DNA from: Isosphaeraceae bacterium
GTDB lineage: Bacteria; Planctomycetota; Planctomycetia; Isosphaerales; Isosphaeraceae
Direction of reading: 5' to 3'
Assembly (NCBI GenBank): GCA_025356475.1
Contig: JANXSX010000158.1
Coordinates: 3,882-67,881, forward strand
DNA length: 64,000 nt
A model generated the notes under the pieces. It searched no databases and was not told where the DNA came from. It saw only the letters and a list, made by a program, of their open reading frames with translations. Each line of letters begins with the position of its first letter. Position 1 is the first letter of the stretch. The translations under genes and the position numbers were made by a program. This document shows, piece by piece, positions 1-8,096 of the stretch.

Positions 1-2
1 TC

Positions 3-1346
3 ATGGCATTCACAACCCCACCGCTCGCTGCCTTCTCGTCTTGTGATGCCAAGTTTACGACGACTGCGATGGCCAAGGAGCTGAAAACCCACGCTTTGTT
101 CGGTCCACCGCTCGGGAGGACTTGGGACCCGACAAATTCTCAACGCGATAGCTACCCGGACATCGAGCCACTTGTCGGCAATGACTGGACGGTGCTCACG
201 GCCGAACCCCCTATGGCTCTCGATCCTCAAAGCAAGGCCGCAGTAGACCTGGCCTCAACACCAAGCTCCCATAAGCCGTCTCAAGCCTCAAGCCCGTTGG
301 CAGGCATTCTTCCACCTGCTTGGCACGGGACGATCCTCCCCGCCAGCGATTCTGACATTTGGCTCGCAGCCGCATTTTCCGACTTCGAAAAGATTGTGGC
401 GCTCGAGCGAGCTACATCCTCCACACTTGCCGGCGATGTCGATCGCCGCGAAGTCGCGTTCTTTGTGCCTTGGACTAAGTACATGTTTGCTGTCAAACGA
501 CTTGGGCATGACATCCCTCTCAAGGAAATCCAAGCCGACCTTGCTACCGACGAGTGGCATGACATCGCCGGTGGAAAGGGAGTATTGTTGCTCGCCTCGC
601 TGAGGAATCGACTTGGTGGGACCGAGTTTGATCGCTTCATGGACAAGTTCGGTCGAAGCCACGCGGGGAAGGCGGTTACGAGCGCCGAGTTCTTCACTGC
701 CGCCGCCGCAGCTTCAACAAAGCCACTGGAAAGCTTCTTTGTCGATTGGTTCGAGAAGTCTGGGATCCCCCAAGGTGGCGGTATCCAAGTCATCCATTCG
801 GGTAAGTGGTCGATCGACTCTTTTGAGACCGAGCTCGATCGCACGATCATCGTGTACGGAACGCTCAAGGAGAGGTCGGCACAGAGTGAGGCGGCGGGGC
901 GACTCCAACGCAAGATCATGCGGCGGTGGTCGAATTATGCGATCCCGATCAAGAGCGATAACGACGTCACGGTCGAAGAGTTGAAGTCGCGTCACGTCGT
1001 CTTGATCGGGAGACCCGATACGAATGCGGTTTTTGCGAAGCTCGGGGCCATGATTCCCGTAGGATACGGCCCGAATTCGTTCGTATTCAAGGAACACACT
1101 TACGCCCACCCCTTAAGCGGTGTGATCGCCGCGTCCGAAAATCCTCTCAACTCGCGATACAGTGTCGTAGCCTACTCAGGGTTGAGTGCGACTGGAATCT
1201 GGAACCTCGTCGATAAGCTCGCCGATCGCGACGGTGACGACGCCACCGAAGTTCTGCTGGTTCCTGCAGGGTCATCCCCCATTCGCCAGTCGGCCAAGCC
1301 GATTGTTTGCGAACCTGCGGTTGCAAATCTGAGCCAAGAAAAGTAG
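3..1346 (+). CDS. Partial (5'-truncated at window edge) peptidase-like protein; C-terminal region resembles the post-catalytic helical domain of M1-family aminopeptidases
   Basis: The ORF is open to the left window edge. From memory, the segment KGVLLLASLRNRLGGTEFDRFMDKFGRSHAGKAVTSAEFFTAAAAASTKPLESFFVDWF resembles the conserved stretch after the M1 catalytic domain. Any HEXXH motif would lie upstream of the window, so the function is tentative. Confidence 0.4.
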   Translation: MAFTTPPLAAFSSCDAKFTTTAMAKELKTHALFGPPLGRTWDPTNSQRDSYPDIEPLVGNDWTVLTAEPPMALDPQSKAAVDLASTPSSHKPSQASSPLAGILPPAWHGTILPASDSDIWLAAAFSDFEKIVALERATSSTLAGDVDRREVAFFVPWTKYMFAVKRLGHDIPLKEIQADLATDEWHDIAGGKGVLLLASLRNRLGGTEFDRFMDKFGRSHAGKAVTSAEFFTAAAAASTKPLESFFVDWFEKSGIPQGGGIQVIHSGKWSIDSFETELDRTIIVYGTLKERSAQSEAAGRLQRKIMRRWSNYAIPIKSDNDVTVEELKSRHVVLIGRPDTNAVFAKLGAMIPVGYGPNSFVFKEHTYAHPLSGVIAASENPLNSRYSVVAYSGLSATGIWNLVDKLADRDGDDATEVLLVPAGSSPIRQSAKPIVCEPAVANLSQEK

Positions 1347-1414
1347 CGGTTTCCAGGAGTTGAAACGGCCCATCGACTCGAAAGAATCGATGGGCCGCAA
1401 TGTCTATCTCGAAA

Positions 1415-1487
1415 TGGGCAGAAAGGGGGTCGAACCCTTGACACCAGGATTTTCAGTCCTGTGCTCTACCAACTGAGCTATCTGCCC
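1415..1487 (-). tRNA. tRNA-Phe (anticodon GAA)
   Basis: The reverse complement folds as a cloverleaf. Acceptor stem is GGGCAGA/TCTGCCC and D stem is GCTC/GAGC. Anticodon stem is CAGGA/TCCTG with loop CTGAAAA. T stem is AAGGG/CCCTT with loop TTCGACC, and the discriminator is A. Length is 73 nt and the 3' CCA is not encoded. Confidence 0.95.
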
Positions 1488-1506
1488 GAGAACATGAACT
1501 CGCTAG

Positions 1507-1535
1507 ATCTTAACGTCGTTGCTACGAAGGGTCAA
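1507..1535 (-). promoter_or_regulatory. Candidate sigma70-type promoter for tRNA-Phe
   Basis: The minus strand reads TTGACC, a 17-nt spacer, then TAAGAT. The -10 element ends about 19 nt upstream of the mature tRNA 5' end. Confidence 0.5.
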
Positions 1536-1606
1536 CCGCCCAGCCTGTCGGAAACCGAGTTTCGTGACGCCGGAAGAAAGAAGAGGATGTTCAGGGGGGT
1601 AGGTTG

Positions 1607-1634
1607 TTGACTCTCGCCCTGAAGGCATTAGAAT
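1607..1634 (+). promoter_or_regulatory. Candidate sigma70-type promoter for tRNA-Ile
   Basis: The plus strand reads TTGACT, a 16-nt spacer, then TAGAAT. The -10 element ends 23 nt upstream of the tRNA 5' end. Confidence 0.5.
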
Positions 1635-1657
1635 CTAACTCTCAAGTTGAGGTTTAT

Positions 1658-1731
1658 GGGCGCATAGCTCAGTTGGCTAGAGCGTACCCCTGATAAGGGT
1701 AAGGTCCCAGGTTCGAGTCCTGGTGCGCCCA
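1658..1731 (+). tRNA. tRNA-Ile (anticodon GAT)
   Basis: Cloverleaf fold: acceptor GGGCGCA/TGCGCCC and D stem GCTC/GAGC. Anticodon stem is TACCC/GGGTA with loop CTGATAA. T stem is CCAGG/CCTGG with loop TTCGAGT, and the discriminator is A. Length is 74 nt and CCA is not encoded. A T7 run follows immediately (1732-1738). Confidence 0.95.
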
Positions 1732-1757
1732 TTTTTTTCTGCTAACTCTGCCTGCCA

Positions 1758-2288
1758 TTATTCATCATCGTCGGCTTCTGCTTCATCGTCGCCACCATCC
1801 TCGTCCGCATCTTCCTCGTCATCGTCATTCTCGACGTCATCGTCATCCGCAACCTTAGCGGCTTTGACCATTTCAGCTTCGGCCTCAATGACGATCGGTC
1901 TGGGGAGCGCCGCCCCGATGCCTGGTGCGTTCTCGGGCATCGCTTCCTTCACCTTCTGAACGAAGTGTGTCCCTTTGCCTCGTGCTGTCATTTCAGCAGC
2001 CTTGGTTTCTGCCGCTTCTCGCTGGCTGTACTCGAACGTAGCAACCGGTTTGAAGGCGTCGTTCACCACGGCCCAAACGATGCGTTGACGAGCTGCAGGC
2101 TTTGCAACTTTGACTGCCTTGGGCTTCTTGGTAGCGGCCTTCGCCTTCTTTTTAGGCTTTTTAACAGCCTCTTCGTCATCATCCATGTCCTCCGTCGCAT
2201 CGTCAGACTCATCTTCCATGGGGTCGAGAGGCTCTGCGGCATCGTACTGGCGGCGTAGTTCGTGCCGGTTCTGGGGTTTCCCAGCCAT
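1758..2288 (-). CDS. Hypothetical protein with acidic N-terminal tract, lysine-rich basic centre, small globular segment and poly-acidic C-terminal tail
   Basis: The track ORF is 1758..2372. I place the start at the internal ATG (MAGKPQNRH, 2288). Composition is acidic (MEDESDDATEDMDDDEE), then basic (KKPKKKAKAATKKPKAVKVAKPAA), then a globular part (RIVWAVVNDAFKPVATFEYSQREAAETKAAEM), then an acidic tail (DDDDVENDDDEEDADEDGGDDEAEADDDE). I recognised no family. Confidence 0.6.
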   Translation of the reverse strand: MAGKPQNRHELRRQYDAAEPLDPMEDESDDATEDMDDDEEAVKKPKKKAKAATKKPKAVKVAKPAARQRIVWAVVNDAFKPVATFEYSQREAAETKAAEMTARGKGTHFVQKVKEAMPENAPGIGAALPRPIVIEAEAEMVKAAKVADDDDVENDDDEEDADEDGGDDEAEADDDE

Positions 2289-2486
2289 GCGATCATCCTT
2301 CACGGCAAGAGGCAGTCGAAAGACTCTCCAGCCAACCCGTGGGTTGGCGAATTCTCGATTAAGATTACCCAAAACGGGGGATGTTTGCCAGCGTAGCCAA
2401 CCTTCTCACTCAATAGTTTGGAAGGATGGAAGTCCAATCTCTTCTAGATCCACGCTCTGGATCTGGTCCGGAAGGGTGTAAGACGG

Positions 2487-2912
2487 TCAATCGGTACTGA
2501 CACGGCCAGGGTCGTTGTGCCAAGATCGATCGAACCGGTAACTCACCGTTCGTCCATCTTCTCGGAGAACGTGGTGAGAGAGGCGAGGTGCCCTATCTTC
2601 GTGGGAGAAGGAGAGCCGAGCCAACCATCCGCTTGGTCCCGGACTCACGGAAGTGACCCTCGCGAACCAGCGACGAGTCGTCCATCGGTCGCAGTCACCA
2701 AGTTCAATGGCAAGCCAGACGTGCTCTCCAGGTCCAAGTCGACTTGAGACGCGGACTTCTGCTCCCTCAGTGTCGAGACCGATGACGGTCGCTGTCAAAG
2801 GTTGTGGACGGAATCCGTGGCGGACAAGTTCGAGTCTCACCGGAGCGTTTCGACCTGTCGGCGAGGTATCTCGAAGTTGAATTCTTGCGGTCATACCGAT
2901 TGTTTCCAGCAA
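2487..2912 (-). CDS. Hypothetical protein, weak PilZ-like pattern
   Basis: This is a 141-aa ORF. The segment TATVIGLDTEGAEVRVSSRLGPGEHVWLAIEL resembles the D-x-S-x-x-G strand pattern of PilZ domains, but the RxxxR motif is not canonical (RNAPVR). The start may be the ATG at 2894. Confidence 0.4.
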   Translation of the reverse strand: MLETIGMTARIQLRDTSPTGRNAPVRLELVRHGFRPQPLTATVIGLDTEGAEVRVSSRLGPGEHVWLAIELGDCDRWTTRRWFARVTSVSPGPSGWLARLSFSHEDRAPRLSHHVLREDGRTVSYRFDRSWHNDPGRVSTD

Positions 2913-3033
2913 ATTATCAGGATGCTTGTTCTTCTTGACCGGCAGGTCTGTAGTTGATCATCGCTTGCCAGCGAGCAATCGGCGAGTGTGTACCCCAAAG
3001 GCAACAGTCGAGGTCGAGAATGTGCAACGTCGC

Positions 3034-3255
3034 TTAGGGATTGGAGATGCGTACCGGCTCTGCGGGCTGGGACGGCTGGCGGCTCGCATTCACACCGAGA
3101 GCTTGGCAGAGATACGCGGTCAGAACATGCTTGGTCACATTCAGCCCTAAAATCCCCCAGAGGACACCCTGACGGAACAGCCAGATATTCCCTGCGGCAC
3201 AAGCCACAAGGAGAAGCATCATCGTCAGACTGATCTGGAGTCCGGGATTTTTCAT
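3034..3255 (-). CDS. Possible small two-helix membrane protein
   Basis: This 73-aa ORF has two hydrophobic stretches (LQISLTMMLLLVACAAGNIWLF and GVLWGILGLNVTKHVLTAYLCQALGV). It is the only plausible ORF in the 575-nt gap upstream of nuoBCD. There is no other support. Confidence 0.25.
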   Translation of the reverse strand: MKNPGLQISLTMMLLLVACAAGNIWLFRQGVLWGILGLNVTKHVLTAYLCQALGVNASRQPSQPAEPVRISNP

Positions 3256-3496
3256 AAATTCATTATGTCCAACTAGGATCAGTCCGGACAGATCGTCATC
3301 AGGTGTATCATCCCCGTTCTGATCCAGGTTTCAGACCGGTTTGAGCGAACTGAAGAGTCCGGGGGCTGCCCACTGGCAAGACTTCGGCAATCGGTTTACA
3401 TTACTTCACGTTGCCAAGGTCTCCCGGTTCACTGGCCCTGGGCCTGAATCGAGACCATATTGACCGCCCGGTGTCCATCGATCGAGCTTGCCCACG

Positions 3497-6067
3497 ATGT
3501 CAGCCCCAACGATCACTCGGCCTGAGTGGAGTACGACGATCGACCCAGTCCTTCAGAAGGAACTGGAGCAGCACGTCCTCGTCACGAGCTGGGATCAGCT
3601 ACTTGGGATGGTCGATACGGTATACAACTGGGGGCGACGTTCGAGTTTGTGGCCGCTCGGTTTCGGTCTCGCCTGCTGCGCCATAGAGATGATCTGCACG
3701 GCTTCCAGCCGCTTTGACATCGCTCGCTTCGGTGCCGAGGTTTTTCGCGGCTCTCCTCGCCAGGCCGACGTGATGATCGTTTCTGGCACCGTCACTAAGA
3801 CGATGATGCCGATGATCGCTCGCCTCTACGATCAGATGCCCGAACCCAAGTATGTGATCTCGATGGGGGCATGTGCCTCTGGTGGTGGTCCCTTCAAGGA
3901 GGGTTACAACGTTGTCTCCGGGATTGATAAATATCTCCCAGTCGACGTGTACATTCCCGGTTGTCCGCCCACCCCTCAGGCCCTGCTCAATGGCCTGATC
4001 ATGCTCCAGAAAAAGATAGACGGCGAGCGGATCACTCAGTCACCTTGGTACCGTGGGTCTGTTGAGCGCGATGTCACCGTTCCCGTCCTGGGACCCGATC
4101 TCATCGACCTTCGCATCCTGGAGATCACCGCCGAGAAAACAGCACAGGGTTTGATCGAGGCCCTTGAGGAGAAGCTGGTTAAGCCGACGAAGATCGCGGC
4201 TCCCAAGCCTGATACTGCGGTTGTCAACGAGCCGGAAGCTGAGGTTTCGTCGGCCAAGGGTGCGAAGGCCCCCAAGAAGGTCAAACGGGCTGAAGTGAAG
4301 CCTTCATTGGTCTGGCTCGGTGATGAAAAGTTGGCCCAACTCGATCACCGAATCAATGCAAAGTTCGGGCCCGAGACCTCGCAACTGACCCAGGCTGGCT
4401 TACTTGTGGAGCCAGGTAAACTCCTCGTGGTCGCCAATTACTTGAAGACTGAAGATCAACTCAAGTTCGACTACTTGGTGAGCCTGCAAAGTGTTCACTT
4501 TGAAGATTGCATTGAGGTCAATTACCACCTTGATAGCATCGATCACCCTGGTTCTTTGATTATCCTTCGGGTGCGCACCGACGAAGCGGAAGGGCGGGGC
4601 GAAGTCCCTTCAGTGACTGAGATTTGGCGGGGTGCCGATTTCCAAGAACGCGAAGTTTACGACATGATGGGGGTGAAATTTACCGGTCACCCCGAACTCA
4701 AGCGCATTCTGATGTGGGACGGTTACGCCTACTACCCGCTCCGTAAGGACTTCCTTGAGCCCTATTACGAGGGGCCGACCAAGGTTTTTGACTCGCGGAT
4801 CGAAGAGGGGCATGGCCAGCACTTCCGCGCAGAAGAGATCAATCCTTATGGGTCGAACACAAAGATTCCCAAGGATTTCAAGGGTTGGAATGAGCTCGAC
4901 GCAGCGGACGACACTAAGGGCAAGAACCTGATGCCGACTGGTGTCGATATCAAGGAACTTGATACCGACCAGTTTATCGTCAGCATGGGCCCCCAACACC
5001 CCTCAACCCACGGGGTGTTCCGGATGAACCTTCGGGTGGACGGTGAGACCATTGTCGGGCTCAAACCCGTCATGGGCTACATGCACCGCAACCATGAAAA
5101 GATTGGCGAACGAAATACCTATCTGATGAACTTTCCGTTCACAGATCGGCTCGATTACTTGACGAGCATGGGGAATAACTTTGGTTATGCCCTGGCCGTC
5201 GAGCAATTGATGGGCGACGACGCCAAGGTTCCTGAACGTGCCGAATACATCCGGATCATCATGGCCGAGTTGACTCGCGTCGCAAGTCACATGTGGTCGA
5301 TTGGTTTCTTGCTGAACGACCTGGGGGCCTTTTTCACGCCCGCTCTTTATGCGATTGAGGAGCGAGAGTTGATCCTCGACCTCTTCGAATGGGCCGCCGG
5401 CAGTCGCATGATGTGTAACTACTTCCGTTTCGGCGGAGTTGCCTTCGACTTGCCCAAGGGCTGGGTGGAGCGTTGCTCGGGGATTGTGAACGACCGTCTT
5501 GAAGGCAAGATTGACGAACTCGACCGCTTCCTATCGAAGAATGAAATTCTCCTCGACCGGACCAAGGGTGTCGGTGTTCTCACTGCCGATCAGGCGATCA
5601 ACTTCTCGACGACTGGCCCCGTTCTCCGGGCCTCAGGAGTGAATTACGACATCCGCCGAGTCGCACCTTACGGCATCTACGACCGTTTCGACTTTCGCGT
5701 GATCGTTGGTCGAAATGGCGACCTCTACGACCGGTATTATGTTCGGCTTGAAGAGATGCGAGAGAGTGTCAACATTCTCAAGCAGGCTCTTAACGACCTG
5801 CCCGAAGGGCCGATCCTCCCAGGCAAGAAGAGCTACCAGATCAAAGTCCCCATCGGTGAGGCTTATTCACGAGTCGAAAATCCCAAAGGCGAACTCGGCT
5901 TTTATGTTGTCTCAGATGGCTCGCCGACGGCATATCGTTACCACGTGCGAAGCCCAAGTTTTATTAACCTGACCGCACTGGAGCAGATGTGCCTTGGCCA
6001 CACTGTTGCTGACGTGGTTGGCATCTTGGGTAGTCTCGATATCGTGCTCGGCGAAGTTGATCGATAA
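3497..6067 (+). CDS. nuoBCD: NADH-quinone oxidoreductase, fused subunits B, C and D in a single ORF
   Basis: The NuoB part carries the N2-cluster cysteines ([29 protein letters not shown]). A K/A/P-rich linker follows at about 4040-4300. The NuoC part has [25 protein letters not shown]. The NuoD part begins near 4960 ([32 protein letters not shown]) and runs to the C-terminus [14 protein letters not shown] saw no stop or frame change between parts. The track start is a TTG at 3488, and I prefer the ATG at 3497. Confidence 0.93.
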   Translation: MSAPTITRPEWSTTIDPVLQKELEQHVLVTSWDQLLGMVDTVYNWGRRSSLWPLGFGLACCAIEMICTASSRFDIARFGAEVFRGSPRQADVMIVSGTVTKTMMPMIARLYDQMPEPKYVISMGACASGGGPFKEGYNVVSGIDKYLPVDVYIPGCPPTPQALLNGLIMLQKKIDGERITQSPWYRGSVERDVTVPVLGPDLIDLRILEITAEKTAQGLIEALEEKLVKPTKIAAPKPDTAVVNEPEAEVSSAKGAKAPKKVKRAEVKPSLVWLGDEKLAQLDHRINAKFGPETSQLTQAGLLVEPGKLLVVANYLKTEDQLKFDYLVSLQSVHFEDCIEVNYHLDSIDHPGSLIILRVRTDEAEGRGEVPSVTEIWRGADFQEREVYDMMGVKFTGHPELKRILMWDGYAYYPLRKDFLEPYYEGPTKVFDSRIEEGHGQHFRAEEINPYGSNTKIPKDFKGWNELDAADDTKGKNLMPTGVDIKELDTDQFIVSMGPQHPSTHGVFRMNLRVDGETIVGLKPVMGYMHRNHEKIGERNTYLMNFPFTDRLDYLTSMGNNFGYALAVEQLMGDDAKVPERAEYIRIIMAELTRVASHMWSIGFLLNDLGAFFTPALYAIEERELILDLFEWAAGSRMMCNYFRFGGVAFDLPKGWVERCSGIVNDRLEGKIDELDRFLSKNEILLDRTKGVGVLTADQAINFSTTGPVLRASGVNYDIRRVAPYGIYDRFDFRVIVGRNGDLYDRYYVRLEEMRESVNILKQALNDLPEGPILPGKKSYQIKVPIGEAYSRVENPKGELGFYVVSDGSPTAYRYHVRSPSFINLTALEQMCLGHTVADVVGILGSLDIVLGEVDR

Positions 6068-6119
6068 TTGGTCCTCGGAAATTTTGCTTACATCCTTCAT
6101 TCTCGCACCCGAGTGAGTT

Positions 6120-6839
6120 ATGCGATACGGTTTCGGGATGGTCGTTGGACATGCGGTGACACTTCGCCGCTTTGTTCTAACGTTCTGGCGTGACATCCGG
6201 AACGGCAAGGGCTTCTCACGTCGCGGAGGCGGTTATTCGCTGATCGACCTCTGGCCGTGGAAGGCAGACTTCGGTCAAGAGCCGACTGTTCAGCAGGATT
6301 ACAAAACAGATGGCCTTTTCACGGTCGAGTATCCCGACGAGCGACTCCCTGTGTACGAGCGATACCGCATGTTGCCGGTACTCGTCTACGACACCGAGGA
6401 TGGAAACGTACGCTGCACCTCCTGCAATATTTGCGCAAAGGTTTGCCCCCCCCAATGTATCTGGATGAGGCAGGCCAAGAGCCCCAAGGGAACTGTCGTC
6501 CCACTTCCTGAAGACTTCTACATTGACATGGATGTCTGCATGAACTGCGGACTCTGTTCGGAATACTGTCCGTTCGACGCAATTAAAATGGACCAGAATT
6601 TCGAGCTGTCGAATTACGAGCGGCACCAGACACACATTTTTAGCCTTCAGGATTTGCTAGTTTCAAGTGAATACTATGCCAAGACTCATCCCGAGGCTTG
6701 GGCGAGCGAAGATGAGGTGACAGAGCGGGGCAAGGTGGGCAAGAAAAAGGATCAGCGCTTGCAAAAGGCACTCTCCGCCACTCCCAAGCCTGCTGTTAAA
6801 CCAGCAGCGCAACCGGTCGCATTGACAAACCCCTCATGA
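6120..6839 (+). CDS. nuoI: NADH-quinone oxidoreductase subunit I (2x[4Fe-4S]) with K/P-rich C-terminal extension
   Basis: It has two CxxCxxCxxxCP motifs (CTSCNICAKVCP and CMNCGLCSEYCP) and a NuoI-like N-terminus (GHAVTLRRFVLTFW). About 60 extra C-terminal residues end in KALSATPKPAVKPAAQPVALTNPS. Confidence 0.9.
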   Translation: MRYGFGMVVGHAVTLRRFVLTFWRDIRNGKGFSRRGGGYSLIDLWPWKADFGQEPTVQQDYKTDGLFTVEYPDERLPVYERYRMLPVLVYDTEDGNVRCTSCNICAKVCPPQCIWMRQAKSPKGTVVPLPEDFYIDMDVCMNCGLCSEYCPFDAIKMDQNFELSNYERHQTHIFSLQDLLVSSEYYAKTHPEAWASEDEVTERGKVGKKKDQRLQKALSATPKPAVKPAAQPVALTNPS

Positions 6840-7372
6840 CGGATTCAGAACTCATCCGATGGCCAGAAGCCCTCAGGATGCGACTTCCACAACTGATGCG
6901 TTCCGCAATTTGTACGGCTCGGCGAGGTCATTCTCCGTTCGGGTGTGTGATTGCGGATTGGAAGACAGGTTCCGAACTCGTCCAAGCAGCGAACTCTTCA
7001 GAACTGGATCCGACTGCTCACGCTGAGATCAATGGAATACGAGAAGCAACGCGTAGAGGCCTCCATCTCGCCGATCTCCTCCTGATCTCGACGGCCGAGC
7101 CCTGCCCGATGTGTTCGGCAGCGTGTTGGTGGGCTGGATTACGAGGGGTTGTCTATGGAACTTCCATCAAGAGCTTGATCGGATATGGGTTGCAGCAACT
7201 CGATATGCCTGCGGATCAGGTCTTCGCGACCGCTGTCAACCGTGCTTCTCCTTGGATTCTTCGGGGATATTTGGCTTCGGAGACTGATGAACTCTATAAA
7301 CGTCTCCAGGAAATTCGGAAGTTTGAGGTCGGGGACAACAGGCCCCTTGCTCGTGGAGAAGCTGATGATTAG
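6836..7372 (+). CDS. CMP/dCMP-type zinc deaminase (guanine/nucleoside deaminase-like)
   Basis: Motifs are PFGCVI, DPTAHAEINGIREA (the H-A-E zinc ligand and catalytic Glu) and EPCPMCSAACWWAG (PCxxC). The arrangement resembles B. subtilis GuaD-type deaminases. The start overlaps the nuoI stop (ATGA). Confidence 0.8.
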   Translation: MTDSELIRWPEALRMRLPQLMRSAICTARRGHSPFGCVIADWKTGSELVQAANSSELDPTAHAEINGIREATRRGLHLADLLLISTAEPCPMCSAACWWAGLRGVVYGTSIKSLIGYGLQQLDMPADQVFATAVNRASPWILRGYLASETDELYKRLQEIRKFEVGDNRPLARGEADD

Positions 7373-7445
7373 GATGCTTGCACCAAAGTGATACAAGGTC
7401 GAGCCTTCTGGCGGTTCTCTCTGTTCTACTCCTACAGGTCGACCA

Positions 7446-7712
7446 ATGATTCCCACAGCGCCTTCGCCCAGATATGAGCCGGGCACCCGTGTTCGGGTCA
7501 CCCAACGTGTCCGAGTCGGGCACCGGGAGTGGTTGACACATGTGGTTGGCCTTGTTGAACACAATAGCGTTCGACCGGTCGGCGGGATGGAGATGGGTGG
7601 CAAATCATCTTATTGTTATCAACACACACTTCGCCTCCGGAACGAAGACGGTGAAGTGACTGTGGTCACCTTCGACGACGATACACTGGTTGAACCGTTG
7701 ACGCCTCGTTGA
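7446..7712 (+). CDS. Small hypothetical protein (88 aa) inside the nuo cluster
   Basis: This ORF lies on the nuo strand, between the deaminase and nuoA, and has a beta-rich sequence (TRVRVTQRVRVGHREWLTHVVGLVEH ... GEVTVVTFDDDTLVEPL). I recognised no motif. Confidence 0.5.
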   Translation: MIPTAPSPRYEPGTRVRVTQRVRVGHREWLTHVVGLVEHNSVRPVGGMEMGGKSSYCYQHTLRLRNEDGEVTVVTFDDDTLVEPLTPR

Positions 7713-7736
7713 GCACACCCGAGCAAGACTTCGACC

Positions 7737-8096
7737 ATGATCATCATAAACTATGCGTTTGTTGGCATGCTCCTTCTCGCTGCGATCGGCTTTGCACTCG
7801 CTCCCCTCGTTGTTGTAGCGATCGTTGCACCGCGAAAACGTTCGGCAGAGAAGAAAGAGATCTTTGAGTGCGGTCTGCGAACCACTGGGGAGACTTGGGT
7901 TCGATTTCGTATCCAATACTATATCTATGCCCTCATGTTCGTAATCTTTGATATTGAGACGGTGTTTTTATATCCCTGGGCGGTGGCTTATGGCCAACTC
8001 GGCGTCTTCGCACTTGTCGAAATGATCGTGTTTCTGATCGTTCTCGCGATCGGCCTGGCTTATGCTTGGGCCAAAGGTGTGCTCCGGTGGGTCTGA
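7737..8096 (+). CDS. nuoA: NADH-quinone oxidoreductase subunit A
   Basis: At 119 aa with three TM helices, it shows NuoA signatures: FECGL, RFRIQYYIYALMFVIFDIETVFLYPWA. Confidence 0.9.
   Translation: MIIINYAFVGMLLLAAIGFALAPLVVVAIVAPRKRSAEKKEIFECGLRTTGETWVRFRIQYYIYALMFVIFDIETVFLYPWAVAYGQLGVFALVEMIVFLIVLAIGLAYAWAKGVLRWV

Noticed and set aside
2913-3487. 575-nt stretch with no convincing gene upstream of nuoBCD; possible ncRNA or pseudogene
   Set aside because: I could identify no RNA structure or family by eye. The only candidate is the weak 73-aa ORF, listed at low confidence. The frame after its TAA stays open for 38 more codons, but that is insufficient to claim read-through or a pseudogene.
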